Part shown: positions 19,956-29,138 of the stretch, piece after piece | How positions within the stretch are numbered: position 1 is the first letter of the stretch | Layout of the letters: each line of letters opens with the position of its first letter | From: Fidelibacterota bacterium | Lineage (GTDB): Bacteria > Fidelibacterota > UBA2242 | Length of the DNA: 64,000 nucleotides | Assembly: GCA_049975265.1 (NCBI GenBank) | Contig: JBNGDF010000001.1 | Location: 1 to 64,000 of the forward strand | Direction: 5' to 3' | Program-made: the position numbers and the translations under genes | The notes under the pieces: model-generated | Told to the model about the DNA's origin: nothing | The model's input: the letters and a program-made list of their open reading frames with translations, nothing else | Databases searched by the model: none

Positions 19956-21035
19956 TCAGACATTAAAGCGAATTTCCATCACATCACCGTCCTGCACACT
20001 ATAGTCTTTTCCCTCGAGTCGGAGCAGCCCTTTTTGACGACAGGCGGAAAGGGAGCCCTGTTCCAGCAGGTTTTGACAGGAAACCACATCCGCCCGGATA
20101 AAGCCCCTCTCCAGATCGGAGTGAATGACACCGGCTGCCTGTTGGGCATTCATGCCCCGGCGGATTGTCCAGGCGCGGCACTCGTCCTCCCCGATAGTAA
20201 AAAAGGAAACCAAGCCCAGCAAATCATAGGACTTCCGCACCAGCCGGTTCAGCGCCGGTTCGCCAATGCCGAGCTCGTCTAGAAACTGCCGGCGGTCCCC
20301 TTCTTCCAGTTCGGCAATTTCCCGCTCAATTTTTAAACACATCGGCATAATCTGTTCCTTTTGTATCGGTAAACTGTCCCGGTCGGACAAGCCCTCTTCG
20401 GGATTATTCAGACCAGCCTCAGAAACATTGAAGATCACCAGCATCGGCTTGGCGGATAAAAACTGATACCCTTTGAGCAGCACCTGTTCCTCCGGGCTTA
20501 GTAAAACATCCTGCACCGCCTGTCCCACCTCTAGTGATGCCCGGCATTTCTGTAAAAGCAAAAACTCACACTAGTCCGCGGCATTAGATTTCTTTTGAAG
20601 TTGCTTTGCGAGACGCTCCAGGCGCCTTTCAACTATCAGCAGGTCTGATAAGATAAATTCTGATAAAGCAAACTCCAGGTCTCTGAGCGGATTCACCGAA
20701 CCGAAAGGGTGTGGCACCAGATCATCTTCAAAAGCCCGTACCACCAGCACAATCTCGTCCACCATCTTCAAATCGGTAAAAAACTGCGGCGAGTGTCCGC
20801 CTTCGTTTTGCGGATTGAGACCAGTGATTTTAATATATTCGACCAGCGCCGGCACCCTTTTACGCGTCTGAAAGAGCGCCGTCAAACGGTCCAGCCGATG
20901 ATCACTGACTCTGATAATTCCCCGCTCGGACACCTGCTTCTCCTTGGCGCCCGGGCTTCCGGCGTGCTGGCTCAACAGTGTCTGAAACAGCGTGGTCTTG
21001 CCCGCAAAGGGCAGACCGACAATTCCGACTTGCAT
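19956..21035 (-). pseudogene. ychF: YchF/DUF933-family ATPase interrupted by a single in-frame TAG (20573-20571)
   Basis: GIVGLPFAGKTTLF N-terminal half and TGS C-terminal half (SFFTIG, AAGVIHSDLERGFIRA, GKDYSVQDGD...FNV) are in the same frame, separated by GAC TAG TGT. Confidence 0.85.
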
Positions 21036-21146
21036 AATGACATTCCTTTGTCATGGTTCAAAAAGTGGCGGAATTTACCCCGGATAATTTTAGTCTCAAA
21101 CAAGAAAACCTGTTATCTTTACCGGGGAAAGGTGTATATTTATATC

Positions 21147-22010
21147 ATGAAAAACCTTTGGCATGAATACAAATCGATGCTCAAACCGCTACCCATCGAG
21201 GGTCTGCCGGATTTATTCATTTTCCGTCCGCTGGCATTTATACTGGTAAAAATCCTCTCCCGCTTGCCGGTCACTCCCAACCAGGTCTCTGTAACGGCGA
21301 TCCTCACCGGGATCAGCAGTGGCATCTGTTTTGCGCGGGGCAGTCGCGAGAGTTTTCTGGCGAGCGGAATCCTGTACGGATTGACCGCAGTTATCGATTG
21401 CAGCGACGGGATGCTGGCCCGCTACAAGCGCAACGGATCCCCCACTGGTCGGATCGTGGATGGAACTATTGATTACATCAACGGCGTGGCGATTTTCACC
21501 GGGCTGGGAATCGGTATGTCGAAAATGAGCACCCTGCCCGGAGAACAGTTGTGGGCGATAATCCTCCTAGCCGCCCTGTCCATGATTCTTCATAGCATTC
21601 TCCTGGATTACTACCGCAGCCAATTTTATATACACGCCCTGAATGTTCATCGCTCCATCGCTGAGGAGATCGCCCAATTTTCCGCCGAACTGGAACGGCT
21701 CAAAAAGGAACATATTCAGCCCGTCAACCGGCTGTTGATCCGGATATACCTGCTCTATTGCCGTTTGCAGAACGGTGTTAAACTGTCCTCCGCCCGGTAT
21801 GACGCCGAAAGGTATTATCGAATTAACAGGATCACTCTGAAGCTGTGGCAGCTGATTGAGCTCTCCGCCCATATCTGTGTCCTGATCATTGCGGCGATTC
21901 TGTACCGTCCGGATATTTTTCTCGTCTACACCATCATCTTCGCCAATCTCTGGGTGCTGATCATGCTGCCTGTTCAGATAATCGCCAATCGGACATCCGC
22001 ATTGATATAA
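21147..22010 (+). CDS. CDP-alcohol phosphatidyltransferase family protein
   Basis: TPNQVS and signature DCSDGMLAR...GRIVDGTID. Start moved to ATG 21147. Confidence 0.9.
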   Translation: MKNLWHEYKSMLKPLPIEGLPDLFIFRPLAFILVKILSRLPVTPNQVSVTAILTGISSGICFARGSRESFLASGILYGLTAVIDCSDGMLARYKRNGSPTGRIVDGTIDYINGVAIFTGLGIGMSKMSTLPGEQLWAIILLAALSMILHSILLDYYRSQFYIHALNVHRSIAEEIAQFSAELERLKKEHIQPVNRLLIRIYLLYCRLQNGVKLSSARYDAERYYRINRITLKLWQLIELSAHICVLIIAAILYRPDIFLVYTIIFANLWVLIMLPVQIIANRTSALI

Positions 22011-22024
22011 AGCTGTATCGCAAT

Positions 22025-22999
22025 ATGAAAATTCTGGTAACGGGAGCAACTGGGTTCATAGGCAAACACCTGGTACCACGTCTGCTGGAGGAACATTACG
22101 ATGTCCGGTGTCTCGCACGCCAGACCAGCCTGAAACCCGACAGATTCAAAGACCATGTCGAGTGGGTGTTTGCCGATCTCGACGACTCGGCAGCCTTAAA
22201 TGCCGCCTGTCATAAAATTGATATCGTCATCCATTTAGCCGGTCTGATCAAGTCCGCCCGTGCCGCCGATTTCTTTACAATCAACAGCGCCGGAACAGAG
22301 CGTCTTCTACAAGCCCTCCCCCGAGGTAAAAAAATCATCCTGGTCAGCTCGCAGGCGGCAATCGGTCCAAGCAGCACACTGCAGCCGCTGCCGGAAACCG
22401 CCCTTCCCAATCCCATTTCGGCATACGGTCGCAGCAAGCTGATGGCAGAAAACCACCTCATCAGAGCCGGTCAGAAGATCAACTACACCATCATCCGACC
22501 TCCGATTGTCTACGGACCCCAAGACCGGGAGTCACTGGCGATTTTCCGCTTGGCAAAATATCGTCTGAATCCGATCATCGGCTTCCAGAAAGCATACGTT
22601 AATCTGGTCTATGTGGCAGACCTCGTCGAGTTTATTCTGCTTTGTCTCAAAAACCGCCGCTCTGATAACGAAATATTCCATATCAACGACGGAAATGATA
22701 GTGGATATACGCAGAGTGAAATGGTTCGAAAAGCGGCTGAACGGTTGGGTTCCCGTTTGATTCCCCTTTACGTCCCGAAATTCCTGGTGAAAACCGTCGC
22801 CGAATTGAACACCGGCATTTCCAGGCGGCGCGGAAAGGTCTCCATGCTGAACCGGGATAAATATACGGAGATCACCGCTTGCGGATGGCTCCTTTCTTCT
22901 CAAAAAGCCCGGACAATTTTACATTACAGACCCCGTTACGACCTTGACCGGGGATTTACAATAACCGTCGACTGGTACAAGCAAAAGGGATGGCTGTAA
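22025..22999 (+). CDS. NAD-dependent epimerase/dehydratase family SDR (possible ceramide/3-oxo-lipid reductase)
   Basis: GATGFIG, VSSQAA, YGRSK, RPPIVYGP. Confidence 0.85.
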   Translation: MKILVTGATGFIGKHLVPRLLEEHYDVRCLARQTSLKPDRFKDHVEWVFADLDDSAALNAACHKIDIVIHLAGLIKSARAADFFTINSAGTERLLQALPRGKKIILVSSQAAIGPSSTLQPLPETALPNPISAYGRSKLMAENHLIRAGQKINYTIIRPPIVYGPQDRESLAIFRLAKYRLNPIIGFQKAYVNLVYVADLVEFILLCLKNRRSDNEIFHINDGNDSGYTQSEMVRKAAERLGSRLIPLYVPKFLVKTVAELNTGISRRRGKVSMLNRDKYTEITACGWLLSSQKARTILHYRPRYDLDRGFTITVDWYKQKGWL

Positions 23000-23910
23000 A
23001 TACCGCCTTATCAATCTTAAATCGCATTCGCAAAGGCGCCTTTTCGCCGGATTATCTGCTGCTGCCCTTTGCGCTCCTTATGACCGCGATTTCCATCGTC
23101 TTCTTTAAACGGCTGCAACCTCCCTGTCTGTTGATCCTGGCGGACCTGTTTGTTGTTAGCGTGTTGCTATACCTGATTTTTCTTGAAGCCCGCGGCGAGA
23201 CTAATTCTATTGCATACTTTTTACACACCTGGCTGCCCGTCATTTCGCTGACACTGTTTTATGTTCAGTCCACCTCATACGATCATCTGGTTTTCACAAC
23301 CACATTTGACAATCTTTTGATGCGCTGGGAGGAGGCACTGTTCGGCAAGCTGAACCGTTTCGCCGGTATTCCCGGGAGGTATCTGCTTCTGGACGAGCTG
23401 TTCCATTTTTTCTACTTTTCCTATTACATTATTCTGTTCGTGCCGGGGCTGATCATGATGGCGCGGAGGTCGGCAAAATTGCATGAAATGGTCTTTTCAC
23501 TGACGCTGATGATGTTTGCTCACTATCTTGTCTTCATTTTGTTTCCCGGCGACGGACCGGTCGCCCGCCGCCCGGACATTTTCCAGCACGGAGCGGTCTT
23601 TATCCCACTGATGAACTGGATCTACACCATTGGCGGAGAACAGGGTGGTGGTGCGTTCCCCAGTACCCATGTGACAGTCACAGTCATGGTCTTGCTTTAT
23701 TGCCGCACCGAATTTCCCGGGAGCCGCTGGCTTTTCGGCATACTGGCGATTGGCATTTGTGTCGCCACTATCTATTGCAGCTATCACTATATCGTGGACA
23801 CGCTCGCCGGACTGGCGACAGGAACGGCTTTCTTTTTTATTGGAAGGAAAATATACCCTATTCGGATGATTCAGACGAATCAATCCGGCGGATCGATATC
23901 TCACCGATGA
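22990..23910 (+). CDS. PAP2-family membrane phosphotransferase (Aur1/inositol-phosphorylceramide synthase-like)
   Basis: LFPGDGP, GGAFPSTH and YHYIVD motifs; multiple TM helices. Confidence 0.8.
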   Translation: MAVNTALSILNRIRKGAFSPDYLLLPFALLMTAISIVFFKRLQPPCLLILADLFVVSVLLYLIFLEARGETNSIAYFLHTWLPVISLTLFYVQSTSYDHLVFTTTFDNLLMRWEEALFGKLNRFAGIPGRYLLLDELFHFFYFSYYIILFVPGLIMMARRSAKLHEMVFSLTLMMFAHYLVFILFPGDGPVARRPDIFQHGAVFIPLMNWIYTIGGEQGGGAFPSTHVTVTVMVLLYCRTEFPGSRWLFGILAIGICVATIYCSYHYIVDTLAGLATGTAFFFIGRKIYPIRMIQTNQSGGSISHR

Positions 23911-25114
23911 TCCGGCTGTTGGCTTTAGTGACGATCAGTTCGGCATTTTTCAACCGAATCTTTTCACCAACCTTGGGAATGCGTTGCATCCGGTGCAGGA
24001 AAAATCCGCCGATGGTTTCGTACTCTCCCTCGGGAATCATGAATCCGAAACGATCGTTGATATCGTCCACCGGCATGCGACCGCTGACCACGATCGTCCC
24101 GTCCGGGTGCAGGCGGAAGAGATTCTCGACCTCATCGTACTCATCCTCAATATCACCGACGACCTCTTCCAGGATATCCTCAATAGTCACAATTCCTTCG
24201 GCGCCACCAAATTCATCCACCACGATTGCCATGCTCTGATAATCGTTCTGTAAATCCTCCAGCAACTTGGCAATTCCCATGGTTACAGGCACATAATATG
24301 CCGGGCGGATCAGGGATTTAATGCTCTTGGACGGATTCTCTCCTAAAATATCAAAACTGTTCAGAATCCCAACGATCTTATCCACCCGGTTGCGGTACAC
24401 GGGAATGCGACGGTGCCTGGTCTGAACAAAGTATTCCGCTGCTTCCTGGATCGTCGCCTTTTCGCTCAGCACGGCAACATCTATCAGGGGAATCATGATC
24501 TCCCGGACACTGGTCTCCGTAAATTGCAGCAGCCGGTTGATCATTCTTCGTTCGCTGGGCTTGACGTCGCCCGTGTCATGCCGCATCTTCATCATTAACT
24601 TCAGCTCTTCTTTACTGATAAAAAGACCCTCGTCCGTCCGCTTCTCACCACCAAAGATTTTGGCGATCAATGAAGCGATATTGGTAAACACCCAGATGAG
24701 CGGGAAGAAGATCAGCATGAAAAAGCGTAGGATAGCGATGATGTGTGGCACGATTTCATTGCTTTTCTGCTGAAAAATACTCTTTGGAACGATCTCGGCA
24801 AAGACAAGGTTTACAAGGGTCATGATTACAATCGAAACCGGCACTCCCAACGGACCCAGCCACATATAAAACATCGAGGCGGAAAGGGTGTTGCTGGTAA
24901 TCGTACTGATATTGGTACCCAGCAGCGTCGTACCCAGAATTCGCTCCGGATTCTTCAGGATATTCAGCGCATGTTGCGACGGACGATGACCCGATTTGGC
25001 GGCATGTTTCAGCTGCATCCGGTCCACCGATACCAGCGCAATCTCCGATCCCGAGAAAAAGGCTTCACTCAGAACGCACATCAGGATGATAATTATGATT
25101 AACAGCACACTCAT
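23858..25114 (-). CDS. CNNM/hemolysin family protein (DUF21 - CBS pair - CorC_HlyC)
   Basis: FFSGSEIAL, AEIVPK, VVDEFGGAEGIVTIEDILEEVVGDIEDE, ETIGG. Confidence 0.92.
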   Translation of the reverse strand: MSVLLIIIIILMCVLSEAFFSGSEIALVSVDRMQLKHAAKSGHRPSQHALNILKNPERILGTTLLGTNISTITSNTLSASMFYMWLGPLGVPVSIVIMTLVNLVFAEIVPKSIFQQKSNEIVPHIIAILRFFMLIFFPLIWVFTNIASLIAKIFGGEKRTDEGLFISKEELKLMMKMRHDTGDVKPSERRMINRLLQFTETSVREIMIPLIDVAVLSEKATIQEAAEYFVQTRHRRIPVYRNRVDKIVGILNSFDILGENPSKSIKSLIRPAYYVPVTMGIAKLLEDLQNDYQSMAIVVDEFGGAEGIVTIEDILEEVVGDIEDEYDEVENLFRLHPDGTIVVSGRMPVDDINDRFGFMIPEGEYETIGGFFLHRMQRIPKVGEKIRLKNAELIVTKANSRIIGEISIRRIDSSESSE

Positions 25115-26367
25115 TTCTGTTTCTTCACCAGCAATGAATCGATTCGGTTGTTCTTGATTTTTTCCACAGTAAATATCAGATTTTCGTATTTGATACTGGA
25201 TTTTGCCTTGGGCAACTCACCGAACAGCGCAAAAACAAATCCACCAATTGTATCCACGTCTTCGGAAGCCAGTCCCACGCCCAGCAGCTCATTAAATTCG
25301 TCAAGCGACATGTTTGCATTAATTCGAAATAGCGATTCATCAAGTTGCTCGTGCTGCTCGCTGTCATCTTCAAATTCATCGGTGATATCACCGAAAATGG
25401 CTTCCAGCAGATCCTCCATGCTGACCAATCCCTGAACACCACCATATTCATCCAGTACAATTGCCACCGATATTTTCCGGCGCTGAAAGGTCTGAAACAG
25501 TTCGTCCACCCGCTTGGTCATGGGCACAAAATAGGGTTGGCGTAAAATCTTGGTTAGAGACTTTTCGACTTTGGCGTCTTTATTAATACTCAGCTCAATT
25601 AAATCGTTGGCAAACAGGATCCCAACTATATTGTCCTTGTTATCGCGATATACCGGCACCTTGGAATAGTGATTCTGTTTAATCTCGCAGATCATCTCAT
25701 CCAGGGGCATATCCGCCGGCAGACAGAACATATTAATCCGGGGCGTCATCACGTCGTCCATCCTGGCATCACCAAAATCAAAGACATTGTATATATATTC
25801 CCGCTCCAGTGAATCAATGATGCCCTCTTTTTCACCCTCTTCTACAATCGTCTTGATCACGTCCTCGGTGAGGATGCTGCCGGTGCGCGAATCCCCCCCG
25901 ATAAACAGGTCCACAATGCGGTCAGACAGCGTCCGAATCAGCCAGCGGATCGGTGCAACCATTCTGGAAAAAAAGTAGAGCGGTGCCGCTACAAAAAGGG
26001 CAAAGCCCTCATTCTTCTTGATCGCAATTGTTTTCGGCGTAATTTCACCCACCAGCAGCAGTACCGGCAGGACAATCACGATATTGATCCACGGCAGCTC
26101 CTCACCAAAAAAGGCGATTATCAGAGCTGCCGAGATGGAGGATATTGAGATATTAACAAATTCATTGCCCAGTAAAATCGTAATAATCAGGCGGCGCGGG
26201 CGCTCCAGCAGAATTTTAATGTTGCGCCCCTTCTTTTCGTGGGTCAATCCTAATTTTTCGATCTGTACTTTGGTTAAGGAAAAAAGCGCCGTCTCGGAAC
26301 CCGAAAAGAAACCCGACAGAAACAGGAGTACAACGAGCAATGCCATTTCAATATAAAATAGCAACAT
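25111..26367 (-). CDS. CNNM/hemolysin family protein (tandem paralog)
   Basis: FFSGSETALFS, GEITPK, LDEYGGVQGLVSMEDLLE. Start moved to ATG 26367 after SD GGAGA. Confidence 0.92.
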   Translation of the reverse strand: MLLFYIEMALLVVLLFLSGFFSGSETALFSLTKVQIEKLGLTHEKKGRNIKILLERPRRLIITILLGNEFVNISISSISAALIIAFFGEELPWINIVIVLPVLLLVGEITPKTIAIKKNEGFALFVAAPLYFFSRMVAPIRWLIRTLSDRIVDLFIGGDSRTGSILTEDVIKTIVEEGEKEGIIDSLEREYIYNVFDFGDARMDDVMTPRINMFCLPADMPLDEMICEIKQNHYSKVPVYRDNKDNIVGILFANDLIELSINKDAKVEKSLTKILRQPYFVPMTKRVDELFQTFQRRKISVAIVLDEYGGVQGLVSMEDLLEAIFGDITDEFEDDSEQHEQLDESLFRINANMSLDEFNELLGVGLASEDVDTIGGFVFALFGELPKAKSSIKYENLIFTVEKIKNNRIDSLLVKKQK

Positions 26368-26529
26368 ATCAGAAAAATGGTCTCCAACTATCTTCCATCG
26401 TGTGTAATATAATTCCAATACCGGATATTCCAAAATCCTATTCGCTCTAAACCATCAAACCCCTTGCTTTTACTCCTCCTAATCCGGAAATTGCTTATGT
26501 CCATTTGAAAGGAAATTCAGAGAATCAGT

Positions 26530-28068
26530 ATGAAAAGCAAACTCACCCCAATCCTGACCATTTTCCTCCTATCACTTCATCTTAGTCACTGCGCTTCTAC
26601 GTCAACCCAACGCCCTACGCAAACAGTCGTGACTTCGCCGGACACAGTCCTGTCGGTCAGCTTCCTGCACTGGAACGACCAGCACAGCGCCAACCTGCCC
26701 TATGTTTCCCACTGGGGATATACCAAAGGGCAGATGATCGGCGGTTATGCGACTCTGGCAGGCTATATTGATTCGTTGAAACGAATTTACCCGGAAGCCG
26801 TCGTTCTCAATGCCGGGGACGATTTTCAGGGTTCCCCCATCTCCGCCCTTACCAAAGGCATGTCCCAGATTCGTATTCTCAACGAAATCAAACCCGACGC
26901 CTTTACCATTGGAAATCACGAATTCGACTACGGCATGGAAAATCTGCGCCGGGCGGTCAACGCCGCATATTTTGCGGTACTGTCCTGCAATATTTTCGAT
27001 TCCACCCGTATGGCACTGTTTACAGAGCCTTATAAAATTGTTCAATCGGAGGGTTTACGCATCGGCATCATCGGGGGCATTATGGAAAACCTGAAATCCA
27101 CTGTCCTGCCGGCTAATATGGAAAAAATTGCAATTCTGGACCTCTCCGAATCCATCATGAAATATGTCGTCGAAATACAGGATAAAACCGACCTGATCGT
27201 CGTGCTGAGCCACAACGGTTTCCGCGAAGACAGCCTGCTGGCGACACAACTGTCCGAAGTGGATGTCATTTTTGGGGGTCACTCCCATACCCGCCTCAAA
27301 CAGCCGGTGCCGGTCAATAATATTCTGATCTGTCAAGCCGGGGCGCAGGGACAGTTTCTGGGGCACCTGCGGGCAGTCGTCGCACCGCAATCAAGGCGCA
27401 TTATTCGCCATGAATACGAACTGATTGAAACCGTTGTCAAAGACATTACCCCTTCCGCGGCGGTGGCACACATCGTTGATTCCCTGGAAACCGCCATTGC
27501 CGCAGAGATGAACCGGGTAATCGGTGAGCTCAAAACCGACTGGGTCCGCAGCAGCCGCGGCGAATCAAATATCGGTAACTGGATTGCCGATGTAACCCGG
27601 CACCATTTCAGTGCTGACATCGCCTTTCAAAACAGCGGCGGAATTCGCAAGGGGCTCCGCGCGGGACCGATCCGGGTCCGCGACATCTGGGAGATTGCGC
27701 CCTTTGATAATACCATCGTACTGGTGACCGTCACCGGCGAGCAGCTTCTTCAAATTTTGAACTGGCGCATTAATAATCCCCGTGATCTGCTTCAGCAGTC
27801 CGGAATCCGGCGGGTCTGTGACATGGTTTCCAAAACTCTCATCGCAGCTTCGGTGAACGGTCAGCCGATCGATCCACAGCGCGAATACGTCATTGCCACC
27901 AACAATTATATCATCGGGCATATCGAACGATTTTTCGGACTCTCCGCTGAAGATGTCAAAATTCGTGACACCGGTATCATCGGGCGGGACGTTCTGATAA
28001 AAGCAGTAGAGACCCAGCCGCTCATCGATAGTCGAATCGATGGACGGCTCATCATCCGAAATCGGTAG
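26530..28068 (+). CDS. Secreted bifunctional metallophosphatase / 5'-nucleotidase
   Basis: NDQH, AGDDFQGSP, GNHEFD, LSH, GGHSH, NSGGIR, PFDN; signal peptide. Confidence 0.9.
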   Translation: MKSKLTPILTIFLLSLHLSHCASTSTQRPTQTVVTSPDTVLSVSFLHWNDQHSANLPYVSHWGYTKGQMIGGYATLAGYIDSLKRIYPEAVVLNAGDDFQGSPISALTKGMSQIRILNEIKPDAFTIGNHEFDYGMENLRRAVNAAYFAVLSCNIFDSTRMALFTEPYKIVQSEGLRIGIIGGIMENLKSTVLPANMEKIAILDLSESIMKYVVEIQDKTDLIVVLSHNGFREDSLLATQLSEVDVIFGGHSHTRLKQPVPVNNILICQAGAQGQFLGHLRAVVAPQSRRIIRHEYELIETVVKDITPSAAVAHIVDSLETAIAAEMNRVIGELKTDWVRSSRGESNIGNWIADVTRHHFSADIAFQNSGGIRKGLRAGPIRVRDIWEIAPFDNTIVLVTVTGEQLLQILNWRINNPRDLLQQSGIRRVCDMVSKTLIAASVNGQPIDPQREYVIATNNYIIGHIERFFGLSAEDVKIRDTGIIGRDVLIKAVETQPLIDSRIDGRLIIRNR

Positions 28069-28128
28069 GAAACAGCCACGCCTCTTTTTCATTACTATAA
28101 AAAGGGGTTCCGGCTTTGAATAAAATAT

Positions 28129-28165
28129 TTGACTTTATTACCGAATTATATTTACATTTTGCGGC
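28129..28165 (+). promoter_or_regulatory. sigma70-type tRNA promoter with GC-rich discriminator
   Basis: TTGACT (28129-28134), 18 nt spacer, TACATT (28153-28158), then GCGGC; AT-rich upstream element. Confidence 0.6.
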
Positions 28166-28237
28166 TTTTTGGAGAGTGATCCTTTCTGACCACAAAGGGC
28201 GCAACTCTTGATTAATTTTCTCCCCGGAGATAAAAAT

Positions 28238-28311
28238 GGTGGGTGTAGCTCAGTTGGTAGAGCAACAGGTTGTGGCCCTGTCGGTCGCGGGTTCAAGTCC
28301 CGTCACTCACC
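28238..28311 (+). tRNA. tRNA-His (GUG)
   Basis: G-1 plus acceptor stem GTGGGTG/CACTCAC, D arm GCTC/GAGC, anticodon arm ACAGG-TTGTGGC-CCTGT, T loop TTCAAGT, C discriminator; CCA not encoded. Confidence 0.96.
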
Positions 28312-28322
28312 CGAACACTTAT

Positions 28323-28394
28323 GGCGCCATCGTCTAGTGGTTAGGACCCAGGATTTTCATTCCTGTAACCGGAGTTCGATCCTCCGTGGCGCTA
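28323..28394 (+). tRNA. tRNA-Glu (UUC)
   Basis: Acceptor GGCGCCA/TGGCGCT, anticodon arm CAGGA-TTTTCAT-TCCTG, T arm CGGAG-TTCGATC-CTCCG; CCA not encoded. Confidence 0.96.
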
Positions 28395-28400
28395 CATTCA

Positions 28401-28429
28401 GGCTCCTCTATCGAGGAGTTTTTCATTTT
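28401..28429 (+). terminator. Rho-independent terminator after the tRNA pair
   Basis: GGCTCCTC-TATC-GAGGAGTT hairpin followed by TTTCATTTT. Confidence 0.75.
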
Positions 28430-28563
28430 AACCGCAATCTGTTTCAAAAATATTCCACTTTCTTGTTGAAAATCAGCCAAAAAGACCTTATTATCAATCA
28501 TTATTGTCCAGGGAATTTTTGTTATAATCCTTGTTTTCTCAAGAAAGCCCGTTTGCCCAACTG

Positions 28564-29136
28564 ATGGTCATTGCTAAATATATATCGGTTCTGCTGCATC
28601 CCTTTATTTGCGGAATTCTGGCTTTCCTGCTGATTCTCTCCAAAAGCTATGTGACTTTTCCGCAATACCTTTTTATTACCCTGATTATTATATTGGCAAT
28701 TGTTGTTTTTCCAGCCTTCCATGTCATGTCAATGAAACGAAAAGGGCAGACGATCAGCCTGGATATTCCGGAAAGGCAAAATCGAATCTCTTCCTTCATT
28801 TACAGCATCGTAATATACACGGTTGCCCTTATATTACTCTGGATTGTCTGTGCGCCGAGACCGGTGCTGGTGCTGATGTGGGTTTATGCTTTCAATACGG
28901 TGGTCGCGACCCTGATTACAAAATACTGGAAAATCAGCATCCACGGTATGGCTCTCGGCGGGCCCATTGCCGCCCTGGGACAGGCAGTGGCGCCCGTTTA
29001 CTATTGGGGAATCGTCCTCGTCATTCCCATAACCTATTCCCGGGTCCGCCTTAAAGCGCATACGCCTGCACAGGTGATGACCGGCTTTGCATTGGGCTTT
29101 ATTCTAACCATAATTCATTTTAAATTACTGGGGTAG
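28564..29136 (+). CDS. PAP2-superfamily-like membrane protein
   Basis: WKISIH and SRVRLKAHTPAQV motifs; about 6 TM helices. Start uncertain (TTG 28531 or ATG 28564). Confidence 0.65.
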   Translation: MVIAKYISVLLHPFICGILAFLLILSKSYVTFPQYLFITLIIILAIVVFPAFHVMSMKRKGQTISLDIPERQNRISSFIYSIVIYTVALILLWIVCAPRPVLVLMWVYAFNTVVATLITKYWKISIHGMALGGPIAALGQAVAPVYYWGIVLVIPITYSRVRLKAHTPAQVMTGFALGFILTIIHFKLLG

Positions 29137-29138
29137 TC

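Noticed and set aside
20571..20573. Genome-wide TAG recoding or pyrrolysine
   Set aside because: Several genes end at TAG at their expected C-termini, and no pyl genes are visible in the window.
20709..21146. 146 aa N-terminal extension of the CDP-alcohol phosphotransferase ORF
   Set aside because: It overlaps ychF on the opposite strand and the divergent promoter region; family-like sequence begins at ATG 21147.
28208..28564. 118 aa ORF in the track
   Set aside because: It lies over tRNA-His, tRNA-Glu and their terminator, so it is a shadow ORF.
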